Part shown: in pieces, positions 27,765-64,000 of the stretch
Position numbering within the stretch: the first letter of the stretch is position 1
How the letters are laid out: every line of letters starts with the position of its first letter
Source: Macrostomum lignano
Taxonomy: Eukaryota
Length of the DNA: 64,000 nt
Direction of reading: 5' to 3'
Assembly: GCA_002269645.1 (NCBI GenBank)
Contig: NIVC01001182.1
Span: forward strand, 1-64,000
Position numbers and translations under genes: made by a program
Notes under the pieces: generated by a model
Databases searched by the model: none
Told to the model about the DNA's origin: nothing
Seen by the model: only the letters and a program-made list of their open reading frames with translations

Positions 27765-30302
27765 GTGCGATTTTTCGAACGCTTTTCTGGGGTTGCGTGC
27801 TCTCGGAGGAAGGGGATGCTTGCTATTTAGGGATGCTTGCTATCTGGGGGATGCTTGCTATCTGGGGGATGCTTGCTATTTAGGGATGCTTGCTATCTGG
27901 GGGGTGCTTGCTATCTGGGGGATGCTTGCTACCTGGGGGATGTGTTGCTGTCTGGGGGATGCTTGCTATCTGGGGGATGCTTGCTATTTTAGGGGGAGTG
28001 TCTGCTATCTTTGTGAAAACTTTATTTTGTTGTGCGCTTTTGTTACTTTTAGATAAAAAAACAGATTCATAGCAAACATCTTTGTCATTCACAATTTTAC
28101 TCGAACAAGATGATTTATGAAACTCCTCAATAAAGCTTATTCTAGAGGGAAGTCCGCTAGAAACAGCTCTGGTTTCAAAAGTAGTCTTTAATCAAATGTA
28201 TTCTAGGTTCTGCAATCTTTGAGTAAAACTGCATTAGTAACTACTTAATAAGTAGCTAATTAAAACTCGTGTTCCTGATTTCATCTTGTGCTTTATATGT
28301 AGTCTTATCTACGCAGAACTCGCAGGAAATTCAGGTTTTCAAACATCTGTAAGAAAAATGCTCTCATAGTATTTTAGTTTTATTTCAATTTCAACTTACG
28401 AATTCAAACAGACCCGTCTCGATAGCAAAGCATCGGTGCGCAAAGCACAGGAAGACAGTCTGGCAGCTCTGGAGGCACGCATCGCCGCCTATCGCAACGA
28501 ACTTCGAAGCGTGACCGAGTCGATATCCAGATTTGCGAATATTTCTGCTCAGCTGAGCAGTCGACTCTCCCGACAGGAGGCCGTCTACGTCAGCCGGCAG
28601 AATCAGCTGACCAGCCTCACGCAGGAGAGCACTATACTCGCTTCAGTGAAGCACGGAGGCAGCGTTCACCTGAATGAGATGTCCAACAAGCTGGCTCAAT
28701 GCCAGTCGCACCTGCGCTACGGTAGAACAGTCCTGTTTGCCATTCGCTGCGGTTCGGGAGCCGAATTCGAATCGCTGTTCAGCCGCGAGGACTCTAGTTT
28801 CAGCAAGACTCCGGCTTTCGAAGGTCTAGACTCAACCAAATCCGTGTATAAAAGCGAGTTCTTGCACAAACTGCACAATATCGGCTACTTTAGAAGCATT
28901 ACTTGGCAGTTTCTAGACTCGAAGGGAGCCGAGATTGGTCACTTGACCATGGACACCAGCCGGTCAGAACTCAGCAGCGTGTTCGCGCGATCTCGCGTCA
29001 CGGACGCTTTTCCTTGGGTGACCTCCTATGTGAACTCCATCTACCGCGCCAGTTTAGATCAGTTCCGACCGCAGGTTGGCTCGGAGTTTCTGCTGGTTTT
29101 TGGCAGCCTCGAACGCTACCGCGCTACCGGCAGTTGCTCCGATCTCGTCGGTGTTTTCATAGTCTTGACAGCGCCGCATCGTTGCTACCCGGAGGCCGTA
29201 ACTTTCCCCCAGGTGTACGTGTCCCCGAGCCCGTTCGGCGGCACCCTGTCCGAGCAAGTGTTTGAGTTGCGCCTCACCACGAGTCGTCTACCGGCAGACC
29301 GACCGCAGCCAACACACGGAACAACCGGGGACGAGCAGCTAACGGAAGTGCTGCTGTTTGTCAAAGCGGGGGCGGGCTATCTACACTCGCTGCTGCTCAC
29401 CAGCCGGTTCACGCCAGCCGCTCTGCTAGCCGACGTGGACGATCTGAGCCAGCTGGCCAGGCACTACAAGAGCTCGCTGCTATCCGGTCTTAAACTCGAC
29501 AGCTATCGAGCAATCAAGCTGGAGCTGTTCGACGCAAATGGTCGAGTTTTGGCCGCTCTGCGCTTCAAAGGACCATTTTCCAAGAGTGCCGCGAACAACA
29601 CCGAGGGCGCTTTCGTGCCAATGGGATGGGAGTGGTTTCAGGTAGGAGTTCTTCCTGATTCATACGAGTATTGACTTTTATTATAATAACACAGTTTCTT
29701 GCAGTTGGATAAGGATAAAAAAGTTGTCTGTTGTAAATTTTATAAGTTTATTCAGTCAAAAGTTTAACAAAACTCTCGTTACTTTTTAAACACACCTCGT
29801 ACGGTATTGAAATCTACCAATCTAGCGACCAATCTGTTTTCCTAAACATATCCGAAACCTCAAAACTTTAATGAAAATAATTAAACAGTGCAGTTTGTCT
29901 AATTCATGTTACCTGATCAACTTACAAAGGAAAAGTCCCTATGAGAATTAAAATAATAAACACCCGCAGCCGATGTACCTGGACGCTTCTGAGCCATTCA
30001 GTGTCGAGCAGCTGCGACAGTCTCGATTCAGTTTCTACAACGGTGTCGAATTTTTCACCATCGGCGAGCAGCTGGCCGAGTCGGACTGCACCCGACGGCG
30101 CTACTTCCTGACCCTAGTGGACGGCACCAGTTCCTGTCCCTGCTTCTCCTCTGGTGGCGAAACGCCGCCCAGCATCTTCTTTGCTAACAATGCTCGACCG
30201 TTAGCCTGCAATCAGTTGACGTCGGCGGACAGTCTGCGGCTGACTGGCGAGCTGCTGCAGCCGTTGCGGTCGTCGGCGTCGGGGCCGGATTTGGCTGCTT
30301 GA
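26601..30302 (+). CDS. Secreted vWA-domain protein (908 aa): signal peptide, vWA, coiled coil, two tandem uncharacterised domains; exons 26601-27764, 28412-29641, 29970-30302
   Basis: Hydrophobic N-terminus MRLWLLCLAVGLLVPASA. vWA signature ADLLFAIDGSES (MIDAS DxSxS), GGYT and IVIFLTDG. Phase-0 junctions CAG|GTGCGA..AACAG|ACC and CAG|GTAGGA..CGCAG|CCG. Exons sum to 2727 nt with no internal stop. Confidence 0.9.
27812..27992. repeat. Intronic 17/18-bp repeat GGGGATGCTTGCTATCTG
   Basis: About 10 copies read directly. Confidence 0.93.
28412..29641 (+). CDS. vWA gene exon 2 (coiled coil, domain copy 1, first half of copy 2)
   Basis: In frame with ORF 28436-29674; AACAG| acceptor and CAG|GTAGGA donor. 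Confidence 0.88.
29970..30302 (+). CDS. vWA gene exon 3 (second half of domain copy 2)
   Basis: CCCGCAG| acceptor; joined FQPMYLDASEPF aligns without gaps to FARSRVTDAFPW of copy 1. Confidence 0.82.
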   Translation, partial: PMYLDASEPFSVEQLRQSRFSFYNGVEFFTIGEQLAESDCTRRRYFLTLVDGTSSCPCFSSGGETPPSIFFANNARPLACNQLTSADSLRLTGELLQPLRSSASGPDLAA

Positions 30303-32268
30303 TTGTTTGTCAGGCTCAGCTTTGACTCTGTTCGAGGCTCGGACCGCTTGTTTAATGACACTAAACAGTTGAACAACTGCTATATAACCCTTTCTCGTCT
30401 CTTTCTAAAAAATCATTTTGCGACAAGCCTGAGTTGATCGATAAAGCAAGCCATTTTTTAGAGGCCTATATGTCCTGCCTTCACCTGGTTGAATTGCATA
30501 TAGATTGGAATCGTTTCGAAAATTTTGCCGGACAGCATATAGCTATTGGGAACTTAAAGAGTCGTAGATAGTCGTGTTGTTTTGATCTTTCAGGAAGGGT
30601 CAATAAGCAGAGAGGATGGTGACTAACCATGCCGAGTGCCTAAGTCGCTAGAGTGGATTTGTAACTTACTAATCTATTTTTTTGTTTAAAATGAATTTAT
30701 AACAAAATACTGTAACTTCGACCCGCACAAACCCTACTGTCACATTGAAGTTTTTCATTAGATCACATTTTCTGTAGTTCATAACTTTCTCTAATTTTCG
30801 TTAGTTACTGCTCAAAGTTCCCTACTCAAAGTTCAATCGCTATTTTTTTGAAATTCCCATTAGTTCGAGTTGTTAAAACCTTTCCTGTTTGTTTTCGTTA
30901 CAGTTCGCCAATATAATTCCATTAACATCGTTCCTACTTATCCACGACTTCACTTATTTACTATTAGTAGTAAAAGAAATAAATGTCTAATGGTAGTCTC
31001 AGACAAATTATAGCAACAATAATACAATTTTGATTGCTTATACTTTTAAGTATAATTTAACAGTGTAAATATAGTAACATCGATATTAACAAAGCAAAAT
31101 AATTATCGACCGAAAGCAGATTGCTGAAGGGCGGGCATTCACACTTAAATCGCGGTGTTTTTGAGCACACTTATGTTTACCTATGCACTTTCAGACGAGT
31201 GTATGCACGATCTAGTACATCACTCCCAGTACATCTGGAAGTCTAGAACGGCAAATAAACCTATAGCAAAAATAACATGCTTTAATATCGTCTAGCTGTA
31301 TTACACGTACCGACAGCTATAGTAGTGAGGTAACAAACAAAATTATAGTAATTATAGAGACTTCAGAAAACATTAAACAGGTTTATGACATTTTATCTCG
31401 TACATGTATGTTATCGACTATATTAGCAGCTTTAATTTGGATAAGCCAAGTAAAAATATGACCAGGACAAAAATGGATATAGTAAAAATGGAATATTGGA
31501 ATATAATAGTATATAAGATTATGCTTGAATTTGACTGTATTAAAAATATTATTCTTCTACTTCGTCTAAAATTCTATTTGAGTCACAGTAGTTGAAACAG
31601 TAAGCATAAAGTAGCAAAGCGTATTATTGAAAAAAATGGAAACCAAATAACAATAGCTAGACATATTTTTACCTTGTCACGCATACATTTAGCACCAAGA
31701 TGGTTAATTCAAAGCAAATTAAAACCAATTCAGGCTTCTTAATTAAGTTACAACCCCGTCAAATAAAAATTAAATTAAGCAGAGACATTGCTTAAGTAAA
31801 ACAAAACTAGACAAGTTGGAGTTAACGCGACAATATAACTGAAGTACAATACGAGTATATTGATGCCGGAATCAGAAAGTCTATGCAATAGCTAACCTGT
31901 TATAACAAACTTATTCGTATTACATGTGCACTCTGACAAATTATAGTGGTACGTATAATACACAATAAGCTGTAGGTAAATTTTAGGTTTGATTTATCTA
32001 TAGAATAATAAAAATGGAAGAATGCTTTCAAATTGAAGATTTTTAACGAGTTAAAATACCCCGATTTTTAATATTTGTTAAATTCAAAGAACTTATTGAT
32101 TTTATTCTATTAGATTGCTTGGCCAGGACTGCTAAAGTAAAACTTCAGTTTTGTGCGTATGTAAAAGTACACTTGTCAAGTTTAGTCCCGAGCACATTTC
32201 GACTACGAACGATGGCGGCGCTTATAATTAAAATAATTATTATAATACGCTTGTACGTGACACAGCAA

Positions 32269-32837
32269 CAGTGGCGTAGCCAGAAATTTCAATCCAGGGG
32301 GGGGCGGGTTGGCCTGGCTGGCCATGCCTTATGCCATTGCCACTTTTGGCGCCGCAGGCACTCATTTTGGCGCCGCAGGCACTCATTTTGGCGCCGCAGG
32401 CACTCATTTTGGCGCCGCGGGCACTCATTTTGGCGCCTCAGGCACTCATTTTGGCGCCGCGGGCACTCATTTTGGCGCCTCAGGCACTCATTTTGGCGCC
32501 GCAGGCACTCATTTTGGCGCCGCAGGCACTCATTTTAGCGCCGCAGGCACTCATTTTGGCGCCGCAGGCACTCATTTTGGCGCCGCAGGCACTCATTTTA
32601 GCGCCGCAGGCACTCATTTTGGCGCCGCAGGCACTCATTTTGGCGCCGCAGGCACTCATTTTGGCGCCGCAGGCACTCATTTTAGCGCCGCAGGCACTCA
32701 TTTTAGCGCCGCAGGCACTCATTTTAGCGCCGCAGGCACTCAATTGTCTCCTGGTTTTTGGTATTGCCTCCTGGTTCCAGACGATTGGGGGGGGGCCGCG
32801 GCCCCCCGGCCACCCCCCCCCTCTGGCTACGCCACTG
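32269..32837. mobile_element. Non-autonomous TIR element (MITE-like) with an internal minisatellite
   Basis: Perfect 15-bp inverted termini CAGTGGCGTAGCCAG / CTGGCTACGCCACTG with adjacent G- and C-runs; no transposase. Target duplication is ambiguous (flanks CACAGCAA vs GTTAGCAA). Confidence 0.75.
32344..32741. repeat. 21-bp tandem repeat TTTTGGCGCCGCAGGCACTCA x19
   Basis: Read directly; 7-aa periodicity in the ORF track. Confidence 0.97.
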
Positions 32838-33397
32838 GTTAGCAACCTTCGGTAGGGAAGTTGAAGTAAATACAAAAGACATGATCGAACAACTTCTCTT
32901 ACTGAATTACTAAGAGTACATCAGACGGTTCTAGAATGCTGACTAGCTAAAAGTGCTTCTGTACGCCGTATTCACCATGAGATATGGATATGAGGCGCAG
33001 CGATATTAATAAAAATCGTAATAAAACATGCAGATTTAATCCTCAAAAGTGGCACCTTGATAAAATTTTAGTGGCGCGAAGTATTAATCTAAGCAATAGT
33101 ATAGATAGTAGCGAGAACTGCATGCGTGGAGAAATTATTGTCACAATAAAGCTAAAGTACAAAGATCTACCTTTGCTAAGAGTGCAGCTGAAAAAGGATT
33201 TTGATTTTGATCTTTTGATCTAACCTTTCTAATGAAGGTAATTATAATTAAATAATTACTCGTAGCCAACCAATAGGTGAGATCTATAATATCGATTAAT
33301 AGCAACAGTGTACAATAAATAGATTATGCTGATAACGTGAAGTGAGCTGCGGAAAAACATAATTTATGTGCGCTAGAAATTTAATTGAAATACAGGA

Positions 33398-59221
<25,824 letters not shown>

Positions 59222-59502
59222 AGTCTAAAAACTCTTTCTGATGGATGGTTACCCAGGGCCTGTGGCAGCTCTGTGGCCGCTGTCGCACATTGAGCCGCGG
59301 TTTAGCATGAGCGGCACGACTTATAAAAGAGATTTATAACAATTATTTATCTGCTGCTAAGCCGCCTCTGCTTGAAAAAATATAAATCAGAATTTGAGCT
59401 GTGCTCGAATATGTTTTCCGATTTTCAAAATAAAATTGCTAAATCCAGCGTGCCAAGCAATTTCGCGTTAAAAAATATTTATTTAAACACGGGATCTCTT
59501 CG

Positions 59503-59508
59503 ACGACT

Positions 59509-59543
<35 letters not shown>
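59503..59543. repeat. (GA)n microsatellite
   Basis: About 20 copies. Confidence 0.95.
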
Positions 59544-59544
<1 letters not shown>

Positions 59545-60254
59545 AGTGCGTGAGGGAGTGAGTCAGTGAGTTGCTGCAGCCTAAGGCTAAGGATTGTTTG
59601 GGCACTGCAGAGAACTTTCACAGCGCGGGGCTGACTGACGCATGGGATTGGGGAGCGGATGGGGAGTGGATGAGGTTGCGCGGATGGTGGAGAGGGGGGG
59701 CGTCAGTGAGCGTATCGGCGTTACCGTCCATTCAACCCATTGACCCCACCCACACAGCCCTTCGCCTCAGTCTCAGTAAAGCTCCATCCAATCCTTCTCC
59801 CAGTCCGCCTCCAAGCCTCCCCGGCTGCACAGCCATCGGGGTTCACTCGGCCCCTTACTCCGTCTCTAGCATGCGCGCTAAAAATTTGCATTGCGTGTGC
59901 GCAAGGCGCCACCTGCACCCAATGGGGGTGGAGATCCCTCTCTCCTGCTTTCTCTCTCTGAGCTCTCTGCTTTCCTTTCCTTGTACTCTCTTGCAGTCGA
60001 GAAGTCAGTTCAGTACAACCTCATCTGGCTGTCCGCTTATGTCGCTATTTCTTTTCTTAATCTTCCTCTTCCCTCTTCTCACATTTTATTTCTTTAAAGT
60101 CCAAATGTTAAACGCCTCTGTACCCGCCTAAGAGAAAATAGATAAAAGAGAAACTTCCAGATATGGGACGGGAAATTGAGTAGCGAAAAAAGCCGAGAGA
60201 ATAAGACTGCATGAATGGGTTCACGAGTGCATTTGTGAGTTGCTTCACGATCGT

Positions 60255-62180
60255 GTTTATGAGCGAGCCCACGGGTGTGTTTATGAGTGTGTTTAAGACT
60301 GTCTTCACGAGTATGCATGTTTATGATTGACTTTACGAGTGTGTTTATGAGCGAGTTCACGGGTGTGTTTATGAGTGTTTTTATGACCGTCTCCACGAGT
60401 GTGTTTATGATTGACTTCACGAGTGTGTTTATGATTGACTCCACGAGTGTGTTTATGATTGACTCCACGAGTGTGTTTATGATTGACTTCACGAGTGTGT
60501 TTATGATTGACTCCACGAGTGCGTTTATGATTGACTCCACGAGTGTGTTTATGAGCGAGTTCACGGGTGTATTTATGAGTATGTTTATGATTGACTCCAC
60601 GAGTGTGTTTATGATTTAATCCACGAGTGTGTTTATGATTGACTTCACGAGTGTGTTTATGATTGACTCCACGAGTGTGTTTATGATTTACTCCACGAGT
60701 GTGTTTATGATTTACTCCACGAGTGCGTTTATGATTGACTCCACGAGTGTGTTTATGATTTACTCCACGAGTGTGTTTATGATTGACTCCACGAGTGTGT
60801 TTATGATTAACTCCACGAGTGTGTTTATGATTGACTCCACGAGTGTGTTAATGAGCGAGTTCACGGGTGTATTTATGAGTGTGTTTATGATTGACTCCAC
60901 GAGTGTGTTTATGATTTACTCCACGAGTGTGTTTATGATTTACTCCACGAGTGTGTTTATGATTAACTCCACGAGTGTGTTTATGATTTACTCCACGAGT
61001 GTGTTTATGATTGACTTCACGAGTGCGTTTATGATTGACTTCACGAGTGTGTTTATGATTGACTTCACGAGTGCGTTTATGATTGACTTCACGAGTGTGT
61101 TTATGATTGACTCCACGAGTGTGTTTATGATTGACTCCACGAGTGTGTTTATGAGCGAGTTCACGGGTGTATTTATGAGTATGTTTATGATTGACTCCAC
61201 GAGTGTGTTTATGATTTACTCCACGAGTGTGTTTATGATTTAATCCACGAGTGTGTTTATGATTGACTTCACGAGTGTGTTTATGATTAACTCCACGAGT
61301 GTGTTTATGATTTACTCCACGAGTGTGTTTATGATTGACTTCACGAGTGCGTTTATGATTGACTCCACGAGTGTGTTTATGATTGACTCCACGAGTGTGT
61401 TTATGATTTACTCCACGAGTGTGTTTATGATTTACTCCACGAGTGTGTTTATGATTTACTCCACGAGTGTGTTTATGATTGACTTCACGAGTGCGTTTAT
61501 GATTGACTCCACGAGTGTGTTTATGATTGACTCCACGAGTGTGTTTATGATTGACTCCACGAGTGTGTTTATGATTGACTCCACGAGTGTGTTTATGATT
61601 GACTCCACGAGTGTGTTTATGATTGACTCCACGAGTGTGTTTATGAGCGAGTTCACGGGTGTATTTATGAGTATGTTTATGATTGACTCCACGAGTGTGT
61701 TTATGATTTACTCCACGAGTGTGTTTATGATTTACTTCACGAGTGTGTTTATGATTAACTCCACGAGTGTGTTTATGATTTACTCCACGAGTGTGTTTAT
61801 GATTGACTCCACGAGTGCGTTTATGATTGACTTCACGAGTGTGTTTATGATTAACTCCACGAGTGTGTTTATGATTGACTCCACGAGTGTGTTTATGATT
61901 GACTTCACGAGTGTGTTTATGATTGACTTCACGAGTGCGTTTATGATTGACTCCACGAGTGTGTTTATGATTGACTCCACGAGTGTGTTTATGAGCGAGT
62001 TCACGGGTGTATTTATGAGTGTGTTTATGATTGACTCCACGAGTGTGTTTATGATTGACTCCACGAGTGTGTTTATGATTGACTCCACGAGTGTGTTTAT
62101 GATTGACTCCACGAGTGTGTTTATGAGCGAGTTCACGGGTGTATTTATGAGTATGTTTATGATTGACTTCACGAGTGAGT
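60255..62180. repeat. 24-bp tandem repeat CACGAGTGTGTTTATGATTGACT(C/T)
   Basis: About 80 copies; recurring variant GAGCGAGTTCACGGGTG marks higher-order blocks. Confidence 0.97.
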
Positions 62181-62811
62181 TTTTGGGTATCATGGCTACT
62201 GTGTCTATGAGTGAGTGAGATTATAAACTAGATTCTCAGTAGCTATGCTAGCTTTAAAAATATCTGCATAATTTAGAATTTTTCTGCAGCGCAGCTCGCA
62301 GCAAGCGCAAGCAATCTAAATTTGTTCGGAGTATTTCTAGCGCTTCGCCCTGCTCAATGCTTGTGAGCGGCACTTCCAGCCAAATGCAAACAGAACTAAT
62401 ACACTATATGAGGCTAAAAATAGGCTAAGCGCACCAGCTTCTACCGCCAGCCACATCTGCATGCCCGCACCCCAAGTTTTTATGTTAGTTGCCTTCCTCT
62501 CTCTCAGCGCGAAGTCAGAGGCCCTGGTTTCTAAGAAATGGACCTCCAGGCTAGCAGGCAGACAATCTAAATATGGCTAATATTAGAATTCATCAAAATT
62601 CCAAGCTGAGAATGGAGCAGACTAGACGGTGTGGGGGGGGGAGGAAATTCTTCTACGAGCTAGAATTTCGAGATTAGTAAAGCTTCAGGATTGGGGAAGT
62701 CGAGCTGAGAAAACTCTTTTAGATTCGGCCCGCAGGCCAGCCATGAAATTGACGGCAATTTGTCAGAGTTCTTCAATTTTTGCATGAAAATATTATTTGT
62801 CCAGAGGCGGT

Positions 62812-63762
62812 GGGAGGGAGAGGGAGAGAAAATAGAGTGAGAGAGAAAGGAGAAGGGAGAGAAAAGAGAGGGAGAGAGAGGGAGAGAAGGAGAAAGAGAG
62901 GGAGAGAGAGGGGGGGAGAGGGAGAGAGAGGGGAGAGAAGGAGAAAGAGAGGGGAGAGAGAGGGGGGGAGAGGGAGAGAGAGAAGGGAGAGGGAGAGGGA
63001 AGAGAAGAGAGTGAGAGAGAGAAGGGAGAGGGAGAGAGAAGGGAGAGAGAGAGAGAGAAGGGAGAGAGAGAGAGAAGGGAGAGGGAGAGAGAGAGAGAAG
63101 GGAGAGGGAGAGAGAGAGAGAGAAAGAAGGAGTGAGAGAGAAGGGAGAAGGAGTGAGAGAGAAGGGAGTGAGAGAGAGAAGGGAAAGGGAGAGAGAAGGG
63201 AGAGGGAAAGGGAAGAGAGAGAGAGAGAAGGGAGAGGGAGAGAGAGAGAGAAGGGAGAAGGAGTGAGAGGGAAGAGAGTGAGAGAGAGAAGGCAGAGGGA
63301 GAGAGAAGGGAGAGGGAGAGAGAAGAGAATGAGAGAGAGAAGGGAGAGGGAGAGAGAAGGGAGAGGGAGAGAGAAGGGAGAGGGAGAGAGAAGGGAGAGG
63401 GAGAGAGAAGGGAGAGGGAGAGAGAGAGAGAGAGAAGGGAGAAGGAGTGAGAGGGAAGGGAGTGAGAGAGAGAAGGCAGAGGGAGAGAGAAGGGAGAGGG
63501 AGAGAGAAGAGAATGAGAGAGAGAAGGGAGAGGGAGAGAGAAGGGAGAGGGAGAGAGAAGGGAGAGGGAGAGAGAAGGGAGAGGGAGAGAGAAGGGAGAG
63601 GGAGAGAGAAGGGAGAGGGAGAGAGAAGGGAGAGGGAGAGAGAGAGAGAGAAGGAAGAAGGAGTGAGAGAGAAGGGAGTGAGAGAGAAGGGAGTGAGAGA
63701 GAGAAGGGAGAGGGAGAGAGAGAGAGAAGGGAGAAAGAAGGGAGAGGAGAGGGAGAACAGAA
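62812..63762. repeat. Purine-rich (GA/GGA/GAA) low-complexity tract
   Basis: About 950 bp with almost no pyrimidines on the top strand. Confidence 0.97.
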
Positions 63763-64000
63763 AGCAATAATGCTAAGCCGGTGTGGGCTGTGGACATGAG
63801 GGTCAGATGAGAAGCGATGGTCTGGGAGAAGGCCAGACACAGACGCAGTGTGCAATCAAAGGATTCATGCTGGACAGAGAGCAGCTCTCCGCTACATGTG
63901 TGCAGCCATTCGAGCAGCAATAAGACAGGCCGGGCTTTTGACAAGATCAGCACAAAATGTGGAAATATGGATGGGATGGAGCCGGGGAGTCTGCATATGG

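Noticed and set aside
29705-29760. Possible extra vWA-gene exon after TTTCTTGCAG at 29704
   Set aside because: No good donor, and the direct 29641-29970 splice aligns the two domain copies without a gap.
32119-32875. ORFs with FGAAGTH, LILAPQA and KMSACGA repeats
   Set aside because: Translations of the 21-bp minisatellite inside the MITE; open in several frames on both strands.
60094-63953. VFMIDSTS/LVESIINT repeat ORFs and ER- or SL-rich ORFs upstream of RIM
   Set aside because: Products of the 24-bp array and the purine tract; no domain similarity and no Rab3-binding helix motif.

Overview
Animal genomic DNA, about 60% tandem repeats by my rough count. Gene content and repeat-filled introns suggest an invertebrate such as the flatworm Macrostomum, but that is inference. 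Three spliced genes were reconstructed by hand with consistent GT-AG sites and exon phases. (1) The 3' part of a + strand F-type lectin (fucolectin) + PAN/apple gene (exons 23329-23589, 25141-25356, 25435-25724); its 5' exon(s) were not found and would lie beyond a 22-kb satellite of 27/28-bp units. (2) A + strand 3-exon gene (26601-30302, 908 aa) for a secreted protein: signal peptide, vWA with intact MIDAS, coiled coil, and two copies of a domain I cannot name. (3) A - strand 16-exon RIM/UNC-10 active-zone gene (59221-33398, 1399 aa: Zn finger, PDZ, C2A, RQLPQLP, C2B) with no N-terminal Rab3-binding helix in the window. Mobile elements: a 1137-bp solo-LTR-like insertion with a 4-bp target duplication inside the satellite, a 239-bp LTR-like insertion in a 19-bp array, a TIR-bounded MITE carrying a 21-bp minisatellite, and a tRNA-derived SINE with a second partial copy. 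Eleven of the 15 RIM introns carry their own unrelated tandem array; one is an 8-copy module with palindromic E-box (GTCACGTGAC) and double CCAAT motifs. There is no CRISPR array, rRNA or intact tRNA, and the very long ORFs in the track are repeat artefacts.
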